NCBI GenBank assembly: GCA_002457675.1
Contig: NTKK01000006.1
Location: 11,742-75,741, forward strand
Reading direction: 5' to 3'
Length of the DNA: 64,000 nt
DNA from: Bacteroidetes bacterium MED-G17
GTDB lineage: Bacteria; Bacteroidota; Bacteroidia; NS11-12g; UBA9320
Numbering within the stretch: position 1 is the stretch's first letter; each line of letters begins with the position of its first letter. The notes beneath the pieces were generated by a model. It was given only the letters and a program-made list of their open reading frames with translations, did no database searches and was not told the DNA's origin. The position numbers and the translations under genes were made by a program. Of this stretch, positions 43,103-53,751 are shown one piece after another.

Positions 43103-46100
43103 ATGAGCTCATTTATACATTCTTCCAAAAAAATTTTCCGACAGGTAAAATTAATTTTTGTTTTTTCAGTTCTTGCTATTTGTTTTTCTCCAAAGAAGAC
43201 GCATGGCACACATATGATGGGTGCAGACATCACATATGAGTGCGTAGACACCATGAAGTTCAAAATTATCTTCAAGGTTTATCGAGATTGTAGAGGTATC
43301 GGCATGTCATCTGTAAGAGGAACCATTACTGGTTGTGGTAAATCATTAAGTATCAGCCCAACTAGGGTAAGTATAGCAGAAAAAACACCTTTGTGTGCCA
43401 CTGCCAAGAGTAGATGTTCTCCCGCAAATACTTATGGAACAGGAAAGGGAATAGAAGAACACCGGTTTGAATTGATAGTTGATTTCAATAAATCTCCGTA
43501 TAGTACGTTCAAAAATTGCGAATGGATAAGGTTCTCAACTGGACAGTGTTGTCGTAATGGCGCTATAACAACAGGTGTTGGAGGAAATTTTTATACAGAT
43601 GCTTTATTGAATTTGAAAAAAGCGCCCTGTAACAATTCTCCTAAAATGACAACTGACCCAATCGCATTTTTATGTTGTAATCAACCGTTCTATTATAACA
43701 ATGGCGCAGTTGATTTGAAGGATGGTGATTCGCTGAGCTTTCGGTTTTCAGATCCGCTGAGTGGCACCAATGTGGCCATCGGTTATACTTCCCCATGGAG
43801 TAAAAAGTACCCCTTTACACCATACTGCCCCGGCCAACCAGGCAAAGTGGATTGCGATCCTATACCAACGGCAGATCCACCCATTGGTATTTATTTAGAT
43901 TCATTGACGGGAGATTTGGTTCTCACACCTACCAAGTGCGATGAGGTAACTGTGGTGGTTTTGGAAATGAAAGAATATCGAAAGAACAAAAATGGTAAGT
44001 ATGAACATATAGGCACTACGCGCAGAGATATGCAGTTTTGGGTAAACTCCTGCCCTGGAAATTATCCGCCCGTTTTGAAACCACTGGCGGGAAAAAATAA
44101 GTTCGCATACACTGTTTGTGCCGGCCAACAAGTCTGTTTCAAGGTTTCTGCTACAGACAAAATATTCGTGCCCAAAGGTCAAACCTCAGGCAAATCGGAT
44201 ACAGTTGTACTTACGACCAACCTATCGCAAAGCCCATCACCAATTCCCGGGGCAACGTGGAAAAAAACCAACGGTCCTCCCAAAACTCGTTACGAAGAAT
44301 ATGAGTTCTGCTGGACTCCTACGCAGGGAGACGCTAGAAGTTTACCTTATTATTTCACCGTAACTGCTAAAGATGATGCTTGTCCAATTCCGGCTATTTC
44401 AACCCGTTCCTTTAGTATAAAAGTCAATCGACGGGCCGAAGCAGACAGAAAAATTACCAAACTAGCTTGCGGTAGAGTTGCTATAGAAAGTAAAAAAGAC
44501 AATTTGTTTGAAGGATCACCTAACTATGCTTGGTCTTTAAAGGATTCAACAGGAAAGGTATTAAGAAGAACCTCAGGTTATTTTGAAAGTACCGGAACGC
44601 CTGTTTTCAGCAAAGGACGGATTGATACAATCAAGTTTAATTATGAAGGAAAATATATCATTGAGCATGAAATCAACAACAAGTTTAACTGCCCAACAGT
44701 TTATAAAGATACAGTTATAATTCCGCCAGTATTCAATGTAGATTTAAGTTTACAGAATGATACGTTTATATGTTTCGGAGATTCCTTGACTTTAGTACCT
44801 AGAGAAGCAAATGGTAAAGCTCCTTACTCATACCAATGGGGTCTTCCCAATTTTACAGGTGCAGACACCAACCAAAGCTTTACAGTGAATGCGCCTTTAG
44901 ATGGTTGGGATACAGCTACACTTTATGCTGTTGATGCGCTAGGTTGTAAAGCTAGCGATTCAGTAAATGTTTTTTTACGGGAGAATCCCGAAGTAGATTT
45001 GGGTCCAGATGTAAGACTTTGTACTTACGATGATTATATCATTAAGTCTCAAATTGACTCTGGTTTTTGGATCAATCCTTTTGACAGCGTGTCTTATAAT
45101 ACTGGCGATACTTTAATCAAGACTTGGTATTATAATAATGTTCAAACTTCTGATAGTACTGACAATCTTCTCGCAACAAAAGAGGGAATATACATTCTTC
45201 AAGTCTCTGATAGTACTTCATGTTTTGGTATGGATACTTTGGAAATTGTCATGAATGATACGGTGAAAGCGTTTGCTGGATTAGATGAAATTCATTGTTG
45301 GGATGAAGAAGTGAAATTGGTTGCTAATTATCTAGATACGGCAAATAATAGTAAAAGTGGTAGAGTTATTTGGAGACAAGAACCAACAGGCACGTTCGTT
45401 AGTGATTTGGATACGGTTGAATTCAATATAGGCGCCAAGGATGATCCGTTTGCGAGTAAAGATTTCTTCTATAGTTTGTTCCTAGAAATTACAGAAGATA
45501 CAGTGAGTTGCTCTGACATAGATACGGTTTTATTTTCCATGGACCCACTCCCTAAACTCACGATGCCAAATAACTTAAGTGTTTGTTTCGATGAGCTGGA
45601 TATTGATTTGAGAAGTCAGTCTTATACGCCTAAAGACTTCAATAATGGGTATTGGTATGTCGAAGGACATCCTAATTGGATCAACAACTTTGAGGTGCTG
45701 GTTTTAGACAGCTTCAGAGACCCTAATAATAAAAGCTGTGTAAAGGCAATTTATCGATTCAAAGATCCATCGAGTAGACTTAAAGCCTGCGAGAATACTG
45801 ACAGTTTTGAAATTTGTGTAAATCCACTTCCAAGGGTGGAAGCAATCCCAGGTGATTATTGCCAAGCAGTTGGTACAATCAATCTAACAACAGATCACAT
45901 ATTGCGTCCAGCTAACCCAGATTTTGGTTTGGTAAACCAATGGAAATGTCTAGACTGTAAAGGTTTTGATGAAACTAAAATTCTCACTGAGCAAATCTTA
46001 GGCGGGGGTGCACAGTATCGTCACTTTTTAAACGTAGCTCCTAGTATCATGGATTTGGGGACAAATGACGATGTAACACTTACGCTCGAATATACTTTTC

Positions 46101-47815
46101 AAGACATCAATGGATGTCTGAATAAAGACACGGTAGATTTTACGATAACACGGTTACCAACCATTGCATTTGATGCTTTTCCAAGCTTGTGTTTTGATGA
46201 TGGCGCGATAAGTTTAAAAAATATAAGCAACTCTAGCCCTTCTTACGGAGAGTGGTCTTGTGTTGATCAGGCAGGTTATGCCAATTGCAATCAATTAGGA
46301 GGTATCTTAAATGGGGATACAATTGTTACCAATTTTGATCCAACTTTTATCAATACTAAGAGATCGTTTTTGATGCGCTTTACGGCATCTATTAAGGGCT
46401 GTAGCATAAGTAAAGATACCCAGCTTGTAATCAATGGACTTCCTTTGATTAACTTAACGAGCCCAAGTGCTAGTGGACAAACAACACCATTCTGTGAAAG
46501 TGATAATCCGATAGACTTGACTGCTATTCCAAGCACGGGTGTTTGGAGTACAGCAAATGGCGAGTCTGGCTTGATAGGTAACCAGTTTGATCCAACACAA
46601 GCTCAAATAGGCACTACCAAATTGATTTATGACTTTATTGACGGTGCTACTGGATGTGCTGCAAATGATTCATTGTACATCAAAATAGATCCACAGCCTT
46701 ATGCAAATATTAATACAATACCAGATACTTGCGTTAATGCAGATGGCTCGGCAATAACTTTCACAGCGACTGGAAACTTAACAAATGTCGATCAGAGTAC
46801 TTGGTTTGTAGTAGATGAAGATGGGATTCAAGTCCCGTTTAACATAGTAGATTTAGATAAAATTACCTTTGATTATACACCACTCAACAAAACTACCAAA
46901 CTATATTATTTAATCATTGATTACAACCTTGGCTCTTCTGTTTGTCCAGTGAATTTCTTCCCAACGGATTCTGTAACTATACATCCTCGTCCAGAGCTAG
47001 ATATCATACCAGATGATCCTAACGGTTGTGAACCTTGGACTGTAAATTATAGCTTGAACATAAAAAATGAAATTGATCCTGGTACATCAGTTTTTGACTG
47101 GGATTTCAACAATGGGCAAGGAAGCTCAAATTTGGAAAATCCAAGTTTTACTTTTGATGAAATTGGAAATAACGATGTGGGTTTAACAGTTACTACTATT
47201 CATGGATGTGATGCCTCCTTTACTTCTCAAGCGACAGTTTATCCTAATCCAATAGCCGATTTTACGCCAGACCCAGATAACTTTACAACAGCAGCATTGC
47301 CAAAATTCACCTTCGAAGACCAGTCAACTGTCGACGGTACCGCTGGCAGCTTTATTGAACTTTATTCTTGGGATTTTGGAGATCCATTTGCCACAGATGA
47401 TGTATCTTCTGAGCAAAATACGCTGTACTGGTATCCTGCAGATACTGGTAGATATAACGTAAGCTTAGAGGTTACTACAAATCACGGATGTAAAGGGGCC
47501 ATTACGAAAGAGGTAATCATAGGGCCGGATATGATTATTTACATTCCAAATGCATTTTCACCAAATGGTGGTGGAGTTTTAGACAATGAAGACTTCCATG
47601 TAAAGATAAAATCGGGTACTTATACCAGTTTTAATATTCAAATTTTTAATAGATGGGGAGAAATTATGTGGACGGCAGATGATCCAAATGAAGGCTGGGA
47701 TGGTACTTATAAAAATAAACCCGTTAAGCAAGATGTTTACAGTTATTTAGTAAAAGTAACTAGTTTAGGTAATGAGGAGTTTACCTATACAGGAACCATT
47801 ACTTTACTGAGATAA
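43103..47815 (+). CDS. giant secreted adhesin-like protein with PKD-like repeats and gliding-motility-associated (T9SS type B / CHU_C) C-terminal domain
   Basis: Start trimmed to ATG 43103, ahead of the signal peptide (...IFVFSVLAICFSP). Cys-rich N-terminal region; several PKD-like modules (WDFNNGQGSS, YSWDFGDP). C-terminal YIPNAFSPNGGGVLDNEDFHV...FNRWGEIMW...WDGTYKNKPVKQDVYSYLVKV matches the TIGR04131-type CTD. Confidence 0.8.
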   Translation: MSSFIHSSKKIFRQVKLIFVFSVLAICFSPKKTHGTHMMGADITYECVDTMKFKIIFKVYRDCRGIGMSSVRGTITGCGKSLSISPTRVSIAEKTPLCATAKSRCSPANTYGTGKGIEEHRFELIVDFNKSPYSTFKNCEWIRFSTGQCCRNGAITTGVGGNFYTDALLNLKKAPCNNSPKMTTDPIAFLCCNQPFYYNNGAVDLKDGDSLSFRFSDPLSGTNVAIGYTSPWSKKYPFTPYCPGQPGKVDCDPIPTADPPIGIYLDSLTGDLVLTPTKCDEVTVVVLEMKEYRKNKNGKYEHIGTTRRDMQFWVNSCPGNYPPVLKPLAGKNKFAYTVCAGQQVCFKVSATDKIFVPKGQTSGKSDTVVLTTNLSQSPSPIPGATWKKTNGPPKTRYEEYEFCWTPTQGDARSLPYYFTVTAKDDACPIPAISTRSFSIKVNRRAEADRKITKLACGRVAIESKKDNLFEGSPNYAWSLKDSTGKVLRRTSGYFESTGTPVFSKGRIDTIKFNYEGKYIIEHEINNKFNCPTVYKDTVIIPPVFNVDLSLQNDTFICFGDSLTLVPREANGKAPYSYQWGLPNFTGADTNQSFTVNAPLDGWDTATLYAVDALGCKASDSVNVFLRENPEVDLGPDVRLCTYDDYIIKSQIDSGFWINPFDSVSYNTGDTLIKTWYYNNVQTSDSTDNLLATKEGIYILQVSDSTSCFGMDTLEIVMNDTVKAFAGLDEIHCWDEEVKLVANYLDTANNSKSGRVIWRQEPTGTFVSDLDTVEFNIGAKDDPFASKDFFYSLFLEITEDTVSCSDIDTVLFSMDPLPKLTMPNNLSVCFDELDIDLRSQSYTPKDFNNGYWYVEGHPNWINNFEVLVLDSFRDPNNKSCVKAIYRFKDPSSRLKACENTDSFEICVNPLPRVEAIPGDYCQAVGTINLTTDHILRPANPDFGLVNQWKCLDCKGFDETKILTEQILGGGAQYRHFLNVAPSIMDLGTNDDVTLTLEYTFQDINGCLNKDTVDFTITRLPTIAFDAFPSLCFDDGAISLKNISNSSPSYGEWSCVDQAGYANCNQLGGILNGDTIVTNFDPTFINTKRSFLMRFTASIKGCSISKDTQLVINGLPLINLTSPSASGQTTPFCESDNPIDLTAIPSTGVWSTANGESGLIGNQFDPTQAQIGTTKLIYDFIDGATGCAANDSLYIKIDPQPYANINTIPDTCVNADGSAITFTATGNLTNVDQSTWFVVDEDGIQVPFNIVDLDKITFDYTPLNKTTKLYYLIIDYNLGSSVCPVNFFPTDSVTIHPRPELDIIPDDPNGCEPWTVNYSLNIKNEIDPGTSVFDWDFNNGQGSSNLENPSFTFDEIGNNDVGLTVTTIHGCDASFTSQATVYPNPIADFTPDPDNFTTAALPKFTFEDQSTVDGTAGSFIELYSWDFGDPFATDDVSSEQNTLYWYPADTGRYNVSLEVTTNHGCKGAITKEVIIGPDMIIYIPNAFSPNGGGVLDNEDFHVKIKSGTYTSFNIQIFNRWGEIMWTADDPNEGWDGTYKNKPVKQDVYSYLVKVTSLGNEEFTYTGTITLLR

Positions 47816-47838
47816 TTTGAACGAACTATTTTAGGATT

Positions 47839-47866
47839 TTATAAAAAAGGACTGGCGTTAGCTGGT
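47839..47866 (+). terminator. Candidate Rho-independent terminator after the giant adhesin gene
   Basis: GGACUGGC-guua-GCUGGUC (7-bp stem with two G-U pairs) followed by a 9-nt T-run. Confidence 0.55.
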
Positions 47867-47912
47867 CTTTTTTTTTAATTAGTCTTAGGTTTTCTCAAAT
47901 GTAGAAAAGTGG

Positions 47913-50123
47913 ATGCTCAGGGATCAAAATGAAATAGAAAACAAGAAAATTGTTAAAGAGTACAGAAATTTACTCAAGGCGTCTTTTTATATTAGAGAAA
48001 AAGGAGATGTCAAAATTATTAGAAGGGCTTTCGATTTAGCCGTAAAAGCGCATAGCAACATGCGCAGAAAGTCAGGCGAGCCTTATATCCTTCACCCATT
48101 GGCAGTTGCAAAAATTGCGGCCCAAGAAATTGGATTGGGTACAACCTCCATTGTTTGTGCTCTCCTGCACGATGTGGTTGAGGATACGAGTATAACATTA
48201 GAAATTATTGAAGAAAAATTTGGAAAAAAAACAGCGCAAATAATTGATGGATTGACAAAAAATTCCGGAGTTTTTGACCATAAAAGTTCTCCGCAGGCTG
48301 AAAATTTTCGAAAAATGATGCTAACACTGGGTGAGGATGTTCGTGTAATCCTTATTAAGCTTTGCGATCGTTTACATAATATGCGCACACTAGAACATAT
48401 GAGCAGAAGCGCTCAACTGAAAATTGCTAGTGAAACACTTTATTTATATGCACCCCTTGCACACCGATTAGGTCTTTACAACATCAAGACCGAAATGGAA
48501 GACTTATCTCTTAAATTTACTGAACCCGATATTTTTTTATTTCTAAAAAAGAAATTGGCGGAAACCAAAGAACAAAGAAATAGATATATCCGAAGGTTTA
48601 TAAAACCTGTAAAGGAAGAAATAAACAATATGGGTATTTCTTTTGAAATAAAAGGTCGGCCAAAATCAATTTACTCAATTAATCAAAAAATGAAAATGCA
48701 ACAAATTGATTTTGAAGATGTATATGACCTATTTGCGATTAGGGTAATCATAGATAGTCCAATAGAAAAAGAAAAAATTAATTGTTGGAATACATATTCG
48801 GTCATTTCAAATTTATACATACCAAACCCAGATCGGCTCAGGGACTGGGTATCTAGTCCAAAGAGTAATGGTTATGAAAGTCTTCACACCACTGTAATGG
48901 GTCCTGGTGGTCGGTGGGTGGAAGTTCAGATTAGGACAAAAAGAATGGATGATATAGCTGAAAGAGGCTATGCTGCTCATTGGAAATATAAAGAAAGTAA
49001 TACAGACTCTAGTGGATTGGATTTGTGGTTGGAAAAAGTAAGAGAGGTATTAGACTCTAAGGAGGAAATTGCTACTGAATTTTTAGACGATATAAAAGGC
49101 GATCTTTTTTCAGAAGAAATATTTGTGTTTACTCCTCGAGGAGAATTAATACAACTGCCATCAAACTCTTCTGCATTGGATTTTGCTTTTGCGATACACA
49201 CGCAAGTTGGAGAAAGATGCATTGGAGCAAAGGTTAATCACAAATTGGTATCAATTCAACACAAGCTTACCAATGGGGATCAAGTAGAAATAATTACAAG
49301 TGCCAAACAAAAACCTAGCGAAGATTGGCTGAACTACGTTCAAACAGGTCGGGCAAAAAGCAAAATAAAACAGATGCTAAAAGCCGATAAACGTAAAATC
49401 GCAAAAGATGGTAAAGAGTCACTTTCAAGGAAATTCAAAAACAATAAAGTCCCATTTGTCTCTGAAAATCTAATCAGAGTTGCACAATATTTTGGATTGA
49501 TGAATGAACAGGACCTATTTTATTTATATCAAATTGGAAAAATAAAAAGTGAAGACATAAAGCTTAAAGAAATTCTTACTGAAAAATTGAGAATTACTCC
49601 ACCAAAAGAAGAAAATACAGTCACTAAACTTTCTTCAAAAGAGAGCAAAATAATTATTGGTAAAGGAGAAACCAAAATGGAATATCAATTAGCCAAATGT
49701 TGTTCTCCAATACCTGGAGATGAGATTATAGGTTTTGTAACGGTAAGTGAAGGGATTAAAATTCATAGGATAAATTGTAAAAATGCAATCAGATTAATGT
49801 CTCAGTTTGGCTACCGAATTATTCAAGCTAATTGGGCTTATCAGCCAAGTTTAGACGGAAATTATGAAGTGGTTATTAATTTAGAAGGATTAGATAGTGC
49901 TGGAATTGTTGCTCAGTTGATGACAAAGTTGTCTGCAAAACTGCATGTAAATGTAAAATCAATTAACTTTACATCTAATAATGGAACCTTTAATGGTGAA
50001 CTCGTTATTGAAGTGAATAGCACTATAGATGTGGATAAGATAATAAAAGAAATACGCAGCGTAAATAACGTAGTAAATGTTTCAAGATTAAACTTTGAAG
50101 AAAATATAAACCTAAAAAAATAG
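47913..50123 (+). CDS. bifunctional (p)ppGpp synthetase/hydrolase RelA/SpoT family
   Basis: HD domain (HPLAVA...HD), synthetase domain (RxKxxxSxxxK), TGS and ACT domains; 736 aa. Confidence 0.93.
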   Translation: MLRDQNEIENKKIVKEYRNLLKASFYIREKGDVKIIRRAFDLAVKAHSNMRRKSGEPYILHPLAVAKIAAQEIGLGTTSIVCALLHDVVEDTSITLEIIEEKFGKKTAQIIDGLTKNSGVFDHKSSPQAENFRKMMLTLGEDVRVILIKLCDRLHNMRTLEHMSRSAQLKIASETLYLYAPLAHRLGLYNIKTEMEDLSLKFTEPDIFLFLKKKLAETKEQRNRYIRRFIKPVKEEINNMGISFEIKGRPKSIYSINQKMKMQQIDFEDVYDLFAIRVIIDSPIEKEKINCWNTYSVISNLYIPNPDRLRDWVSSPKSNGYESLHTTVMGPGGRWVEVQIRTKRMDDIAERGYAAHWKYKESNTDSSGLDLWLEKVREVLDSKEEIATEFLDDIKGDLFSEEIFVFTPRGELIQLPSNSSALDFAFAIHTQVGERCIGAKVNHKLVSIQHKLTNGDQVEIITSAKQKPSEDWLNYVQTGRAKSKIKQMLKADKRKIAKDGKESLSRKFKNNKVPFVSENLIRVAQYFGLMNEQDLFYLYQIGKIKSEDIKLKEILTEKLRITPPKEENTVTKLSSKESKIIIGKGETKMEYQLAKCCSPIPGDEIIGFVTVSEGIKIHRINCKNAIRLMSQFGYRIIQANWAYQPSLDGNYEVVINLEGLDSAGIVAQLMTKLSAKLHVNVKSINFTSNNGTFNGELVIEVNSTIDVDKIIKEIRSVNNVVNVSRLNFEENINLKK

Positions 50124-50131
50124 AATCTATT

Positions 50132-50614
50132 TTGAATATTGAAATAAAAGAAAAAGTCAAAGAAATTTTCACCACCTATTTGGAAGAAAGAGGACAAAGA
50201 AAAACGCCAGAAAGGTATGCAATACTTGATGAAATATATTCCAAAAAGAGCCATTTTGATGTAGATACGCTATACATTCAAATGAAAAATAGAAATTATC
50301 AAGTAAGCAGAGCAACAGTCTATAATACGCTAGATTTATTATTGGACTGTAGCCTTGTGATCAAGCACCAATTTGGGCAAAATGTAGCCCAATTCGAACA
50401 GGCATATGGTTATAAACAACATGACCACCTAATTTGTACGGCTTGCGGAAAGGTAAGCGAATTTTGTGATCCCCGAATTCAGCAAACCTCTTCTATGGTG
50501 GGCGATTTACTGAAATACGAAGTGAAAAGTCATTCTTTAAGTTTGTATGGTAAGCCAAAGGTAGATAAAGATGGGTTGTGTGAAGTTTGTGATAACGAAG
50601 TAATGATTGATTAG
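50132..50614 (+). CDS. fur: Fur family transcriptional regulator
   Basis: Winged-helix segment YNTLDLL, HxH motif and CxxC pairs (CTACGK, CEVCD). Confidence 0.85.
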   Translation: MNIEIKEKVKEIFTTYLEERGQRKTPERYAILDEIYSKKSHFDVDTLYIQMKNRNYQVSRATVYNTLDLLLDCSLVIKHQFGQNVAQFEQAYGYKQHDHLICTACGKVSEFCDPRIQQTSSMVGDLLKYEVKSHSLSLYGKPKVDKDGLCEVCDNEVMID

Positions 50615-50617
50615 TAT

Positions 50618-51880
50618 ATGGTTGATGTATTGTTGGGACTTCAGTGGGGTGATGAAGGAAAAGGGAAAATTGCAGACTACATAACTCCAGATTATGATAT
50701 CGTTGCAAGATTTCAAGGTGGGCCAAATGCAGGACATACCATTGCTTTTGGAGAAAAAAAATATATTCTAAATACAATCCCATCTGGAATATTTAGAGAG
50801 GGTTGCTTAAATCTAATCGGAAATGGAGTAGTGGTTGATCCTGTAAGACTTCTTGAAGAAATCAAGCGCACCGAAATATCAGGAGTTTCTGTAAAAGAAA
50901 AACTAATATTTAGTTACCGGGCAAATCTTATTCTGCCCACCCATAAATTACTGGACGAAGCTTCCGAAAATGCTAAAGGCAAGAGTAAAATAGGAAGCAC
51001 ATTAAGAGGAATAGGTCCTACTTATAGAGATAAAACAGGACGCTCTGGATTAAAGATGTATCATCTTTTTAGTAATGACTTTAAGCAAGTTTATAAAAAA
51101 GTGGTGAATAGACATTTAGCACTTCTTGAGCATTACAAATTTACCGATTTTGACCTTGTTAAGGAGGAAACCGCATTCTTTGAGGCATGTGAGATACTTA
51201 AACAATATCAATTTGCAAACATTGAATACCTTGTTCATAATGCAATAAGGGAAGGTAAGAAAATATTGGCAGAAGGTGCACAAGGTACGTTGTTAGATGT
51301 AGATTTTGGGTCTTATCCATATGTAACTTCTAGTAACACAATTTCCGGTGCTGTCTGCACAGGATTAGGCGTGGCGCCAAAACACATTAATAAAGTTAAG
51401 GGTATTTTCAAAGCATATTGTACAAGGGTAGGTTCAGGGCCATTTCCTACAGAACTGAATGATGAAATGGGCGAAAGGCTCCGAATGGTAGGGAATGAAT
51501 TTGGAGCTACAACAGGTAGACCTAGACGATGTGGATGGCTAGACCTAGTGGCTTTACAATATGCAGTAATGATTAACGGTGTAGACGAGCTTTATATGAT
51601 GAAAACTGATGTTTTGTCGGGAATTGACAAATTACATGTTGGAACGGCATATGATTTGGGCAATAAAATTGTTGATCATTTCCATTCAACTTCTCTAGAA
51701 ACGAATAAAGTAATATACTCAGAGATGGAAGGTTGGAATGAAGATATTACCCAATTAGTAGCTTTTGAAAAGCTGCCTAAAAGCTTGCACAACTACATTG
51801 ATTTTTTAGAAGAAAAAACAGAAACACAAGTAAAATTGGTGTCTGTTGGTCCGGATAGAAGTCAAACAATAGTAAGGTAG
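50618..51880 (+). CDS. purA: adenylosuccinate synthase
   Basis: MVDVLLGLQWGDEGKGK; GPNAGH; TTGRPRRCGWLD. Confidence 0.95.
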   Translation: MVDVLLGLQWGDEGKGKIADYITPDYDIVARFQGGPNAGHTIAFGEKKYILNTIPSGIFREGCLNLIGNGVVVDPVRLLEEIKRTEISGVSVKEKLIFSYRANLILPTHKLLDEASENAKGKSKIGSTLRGIGPTYRDKTGRSGLKMYHLFSNDFKQVYKKVVNRHLALLEHYKFTDFDLVKEETAFFEACEILKQYQFANIEYLVHNAIREGKKILAEGAQGTLLDVDFGSYPYVTSSNTISGAVCTGLGVAPKHINKVKGIFKAYCTRVGSGPFPTELNDEMGERLRMVGNEFGATTGRPRRCGWLDLVALQYAVMINGVDELYMMKTDVLSGIDKLHVGTAYDLGNKIVDHFHSTSLETNKVIYSEMEGWNEDITQLVAFEKLPKSLHNYIDFLEEKTETQVKLVSVGPDRSQTIVR

Positions 51881-51885
51881 TTGAT

Positions 51886-52461
51886 TTGATTCATTTGTAT
51901 GAAAAAACAGAAGGTCAGTTGGTTCATAAAAAACCACTAAAATTGGCTGGACGTAAGCAAGGGATACTATACCAACACAGAATTAAGGTAAAAAAAATTA
52001 ATCAACATTCGTTTTACTTAAAAGTAAATAAGCTCTTTCCAAAAACAAGTAAAGTTGTATTATGCCCGCTACCATCAACTGTTAGTGAGCAATTATTTTT
52101 TGAACTAGACGAATTATATGGTTATTCTTATCATGGAAATATTTATTTGATGTTGGTATTTTATTTCTTAGATAAAGGCAGTCAAAATAAAAACATTTCT
52201 TCAAGTAGAGGTGATATGCATTTTTCAAATCTAAAAATCGAAGGTAAATTTATAGATGATCGTTGGGAGGGAAGCTTAAATTATATTGACCCTTCACCAG
52301 TATACTACCAAACTTTTGACCAAGAGGTTGCAGCTTTTTACCAAAAAGTTCTTTCCAAAAGAATAAAAAAATCAAATAAAAATTATTTCCTCAGTGGGTT
52401 TCCAAATTTTCGAAATATTTCCAATAAAAAAATATTAAGTAAGAGTAAATCATACAAATAA
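51886..52461 (+). CDS. hypothetical protein (doubtful; TTG start; antisense-overlaps the next gene's 3' end by 79 nt)
   Basis: Open frame only. Lys-rich, no motif. Positioned 6 nt after purA. Confidence 0.25.
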   Translation: MIHLYEKTEGQLVHKKPLKLAGRKQGILYQHRIKVKKINQHSFYLKVNKLFPKTSKVVLCPLPSTVSEQLFFELDELYGYSYHGNIYLMLVFYFLDKGSQNKNISSSRGDMHFSNLKIEGKFIDDRWEGSLNYIDPSPVYYQTFDQEVAAFYQKVLSKRIKKSNKNYFLSGFPNFRNISNKKILSKSKSYK

Positions 52462-53075
52462 AATGCGTCATCAAGAGGTATTGAGCCCATTCTAATATTC
52501 ATATTTTCAAGATCATTGTACCAAACTACAGGAAGTTTTGTAAGGACCCCATTAACAAGAAAAAAAGGAATTAAACTAAAAAAATATCCGTAGTAGAAAT
52601 GGGGAAGCTTGATTTTTTTGAATAAAACCATTGTCGATACGGTTAGAACAAGTTGAAGGATAGCAGTAACGTTAGTGTATAATTGGTCTTGAAAATAAGT
52701 ATAATTATATAATGCAATTAAGAAAAATGCTAGATGCAATGAAAAGGTAATATGCTTATTGAGCCCATTTGGGAAATAAAACTTACAAACTTCATAAATG
52801 AATATACAAGCTAAAGGAATGACAAAAAAGAATAAAATTTCTTCAATCGGAAGCAGCCAGATTCTTATACCCAAAAAATAGTTGTTATTAAAGCCCCAAA
52901 TACCCTCCTCTGTAAACCAAATATCCCAAAGGATAAAAATGATGGCTGTAATTAAGGTAGACAATAAAAAATCTTTCCACTTTTTGTCCAACTTTACCCG
53001 AGAATCATACCATTTTCTGAGTGGATAATATAAAGTGAATATTAATAATCCTAGATAGACGAATTGATTCATCAA
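52383..53075 (-). CDS. lycopene cyclase domain-containing protein (CrtYcd-type carotenoid cyclase)
   Basis: Two repeats of the cyclase-domain signature: WDIWFTEEGIWGFNNNYFLGIRIWLLPIEEILFFFVIPLACIF and GSIPLDDAFYLYDLLLLN. About 7 TM helices, 230 aa. Start overlaps the upstream ECF sigma stop (ATGA). Confidence 0.7.
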   Translation of the reverse strand: MMNQFVYLGLLIFTLYYPLRKWYDSRVKLDKKWKDFLLSTLITAIIFILWDIWFTEEGIWGFNNNYFLGIRIWLLPIEEILFFFVIPLACIFIYEVCKFYFPNGLNKHITFSLHLAFFLIALYNYTYFQDQLYTNVTAILQLVLTVSTMVLFKKIKLPHFYYGYFFSLIPFFLVNGVLTKLPVVWYNDLENMNIRMGSIPLDDAFYLYDLLLLNIFLLEIFRKFGNPLRK

Positions 53076-53602
53076 TTTTTTTCCTTTAACCCATAATCAT
53101 GGGCATAGGAACGAAGATGCTTTCGTAATTTTCTTTTTGCAACAAAAATTCGAGTTTTGACTGTACCAATAGGAATATTTAGTATATCCGCTATCTCGTG
53201 GTATTTGAATCCCTGCCTGTTATAGTTAAAAGTTACTTGTAAATCTTCTGGCAGTTGTTCTATGGCATATTCCATATCTCTTCGAAGAAAATTATTGGTA
53301 CCTTTATTTTCGGTATAATAACCTTCAATGTCCATATGATAAGTACTGTCTGTTGTGTCGATGAAGGTATTTCGCTTTACTATTCTTCTATAATTATTAA
53401 TGAAACTATTTTTCATAATTGTGTATAGCCAACCCTTTAAATTGGTGCCCTCTTTAAATTTACTCTTATACGTAAACGCTTTTAACATAGTTTCCTGAAC
53501 CAAATCTTTTGCATCTTCAAAATCTTTAGTTAACTGAAGGGCATAATTCATTAGCGGTCTTTCTTGCTGCTGAACTTGTTTATCAAAATCTACGGATGTC
53601 AT
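53072..53602 (-). CDS. RNA polymerase ECF-type sigma-70 factor
   Basis: Region 2 (LMNYALQLTKDFEDAKDLVQETMLKAF...WLYTIMKNSFIN) and region 4 (HEIADILNIPIGTVKTRIFVAKRKL); 176 aa. Confidence 0.85.
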   Translation of the reverse strand: MTSVDFDKQVQQQERPLMNYALQLTKDFEDAKDLVQETMLKAFTYKSKFKEGTNLKGWLYTIMKNSFINNYRRIVKRNTFIDTTDSTYHMDIEGYYTENKGTNNFLRRDMEYAIEQLPEDLQVTFNYNRQGFKYHEIADILNIPIGTVKTRIFVAKRKLRKHLRSYAHDYGLKEKN

Positions 53603-53733
53603 TTTATTTGATTCAAATCTATGAACAAATATTTTCTTTACCTATATTTTGTTTAAACTTTTTTTTATTTAGTTAAACAAAAATTTAATGGATAAAAAAG
53701 GAATCACGCATAATTATTATTATATATCACTGA

Positions 53734-53751
53734 TTTACAATTAGTTGTAAA
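53734..53751. promoter_or_regulatory. Perfect palindrome TTTACAA-ttag-TTGTAAA in the 258-bp ECF-sigma/PTPS intergenic region
   Basis: Read directly. Flanked by two TGTTTAAAC copies (53650 and 53803) and TGTTTA-like direct repeats at about 10-bp spacing (53782-53811). Confidence 0.4.
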
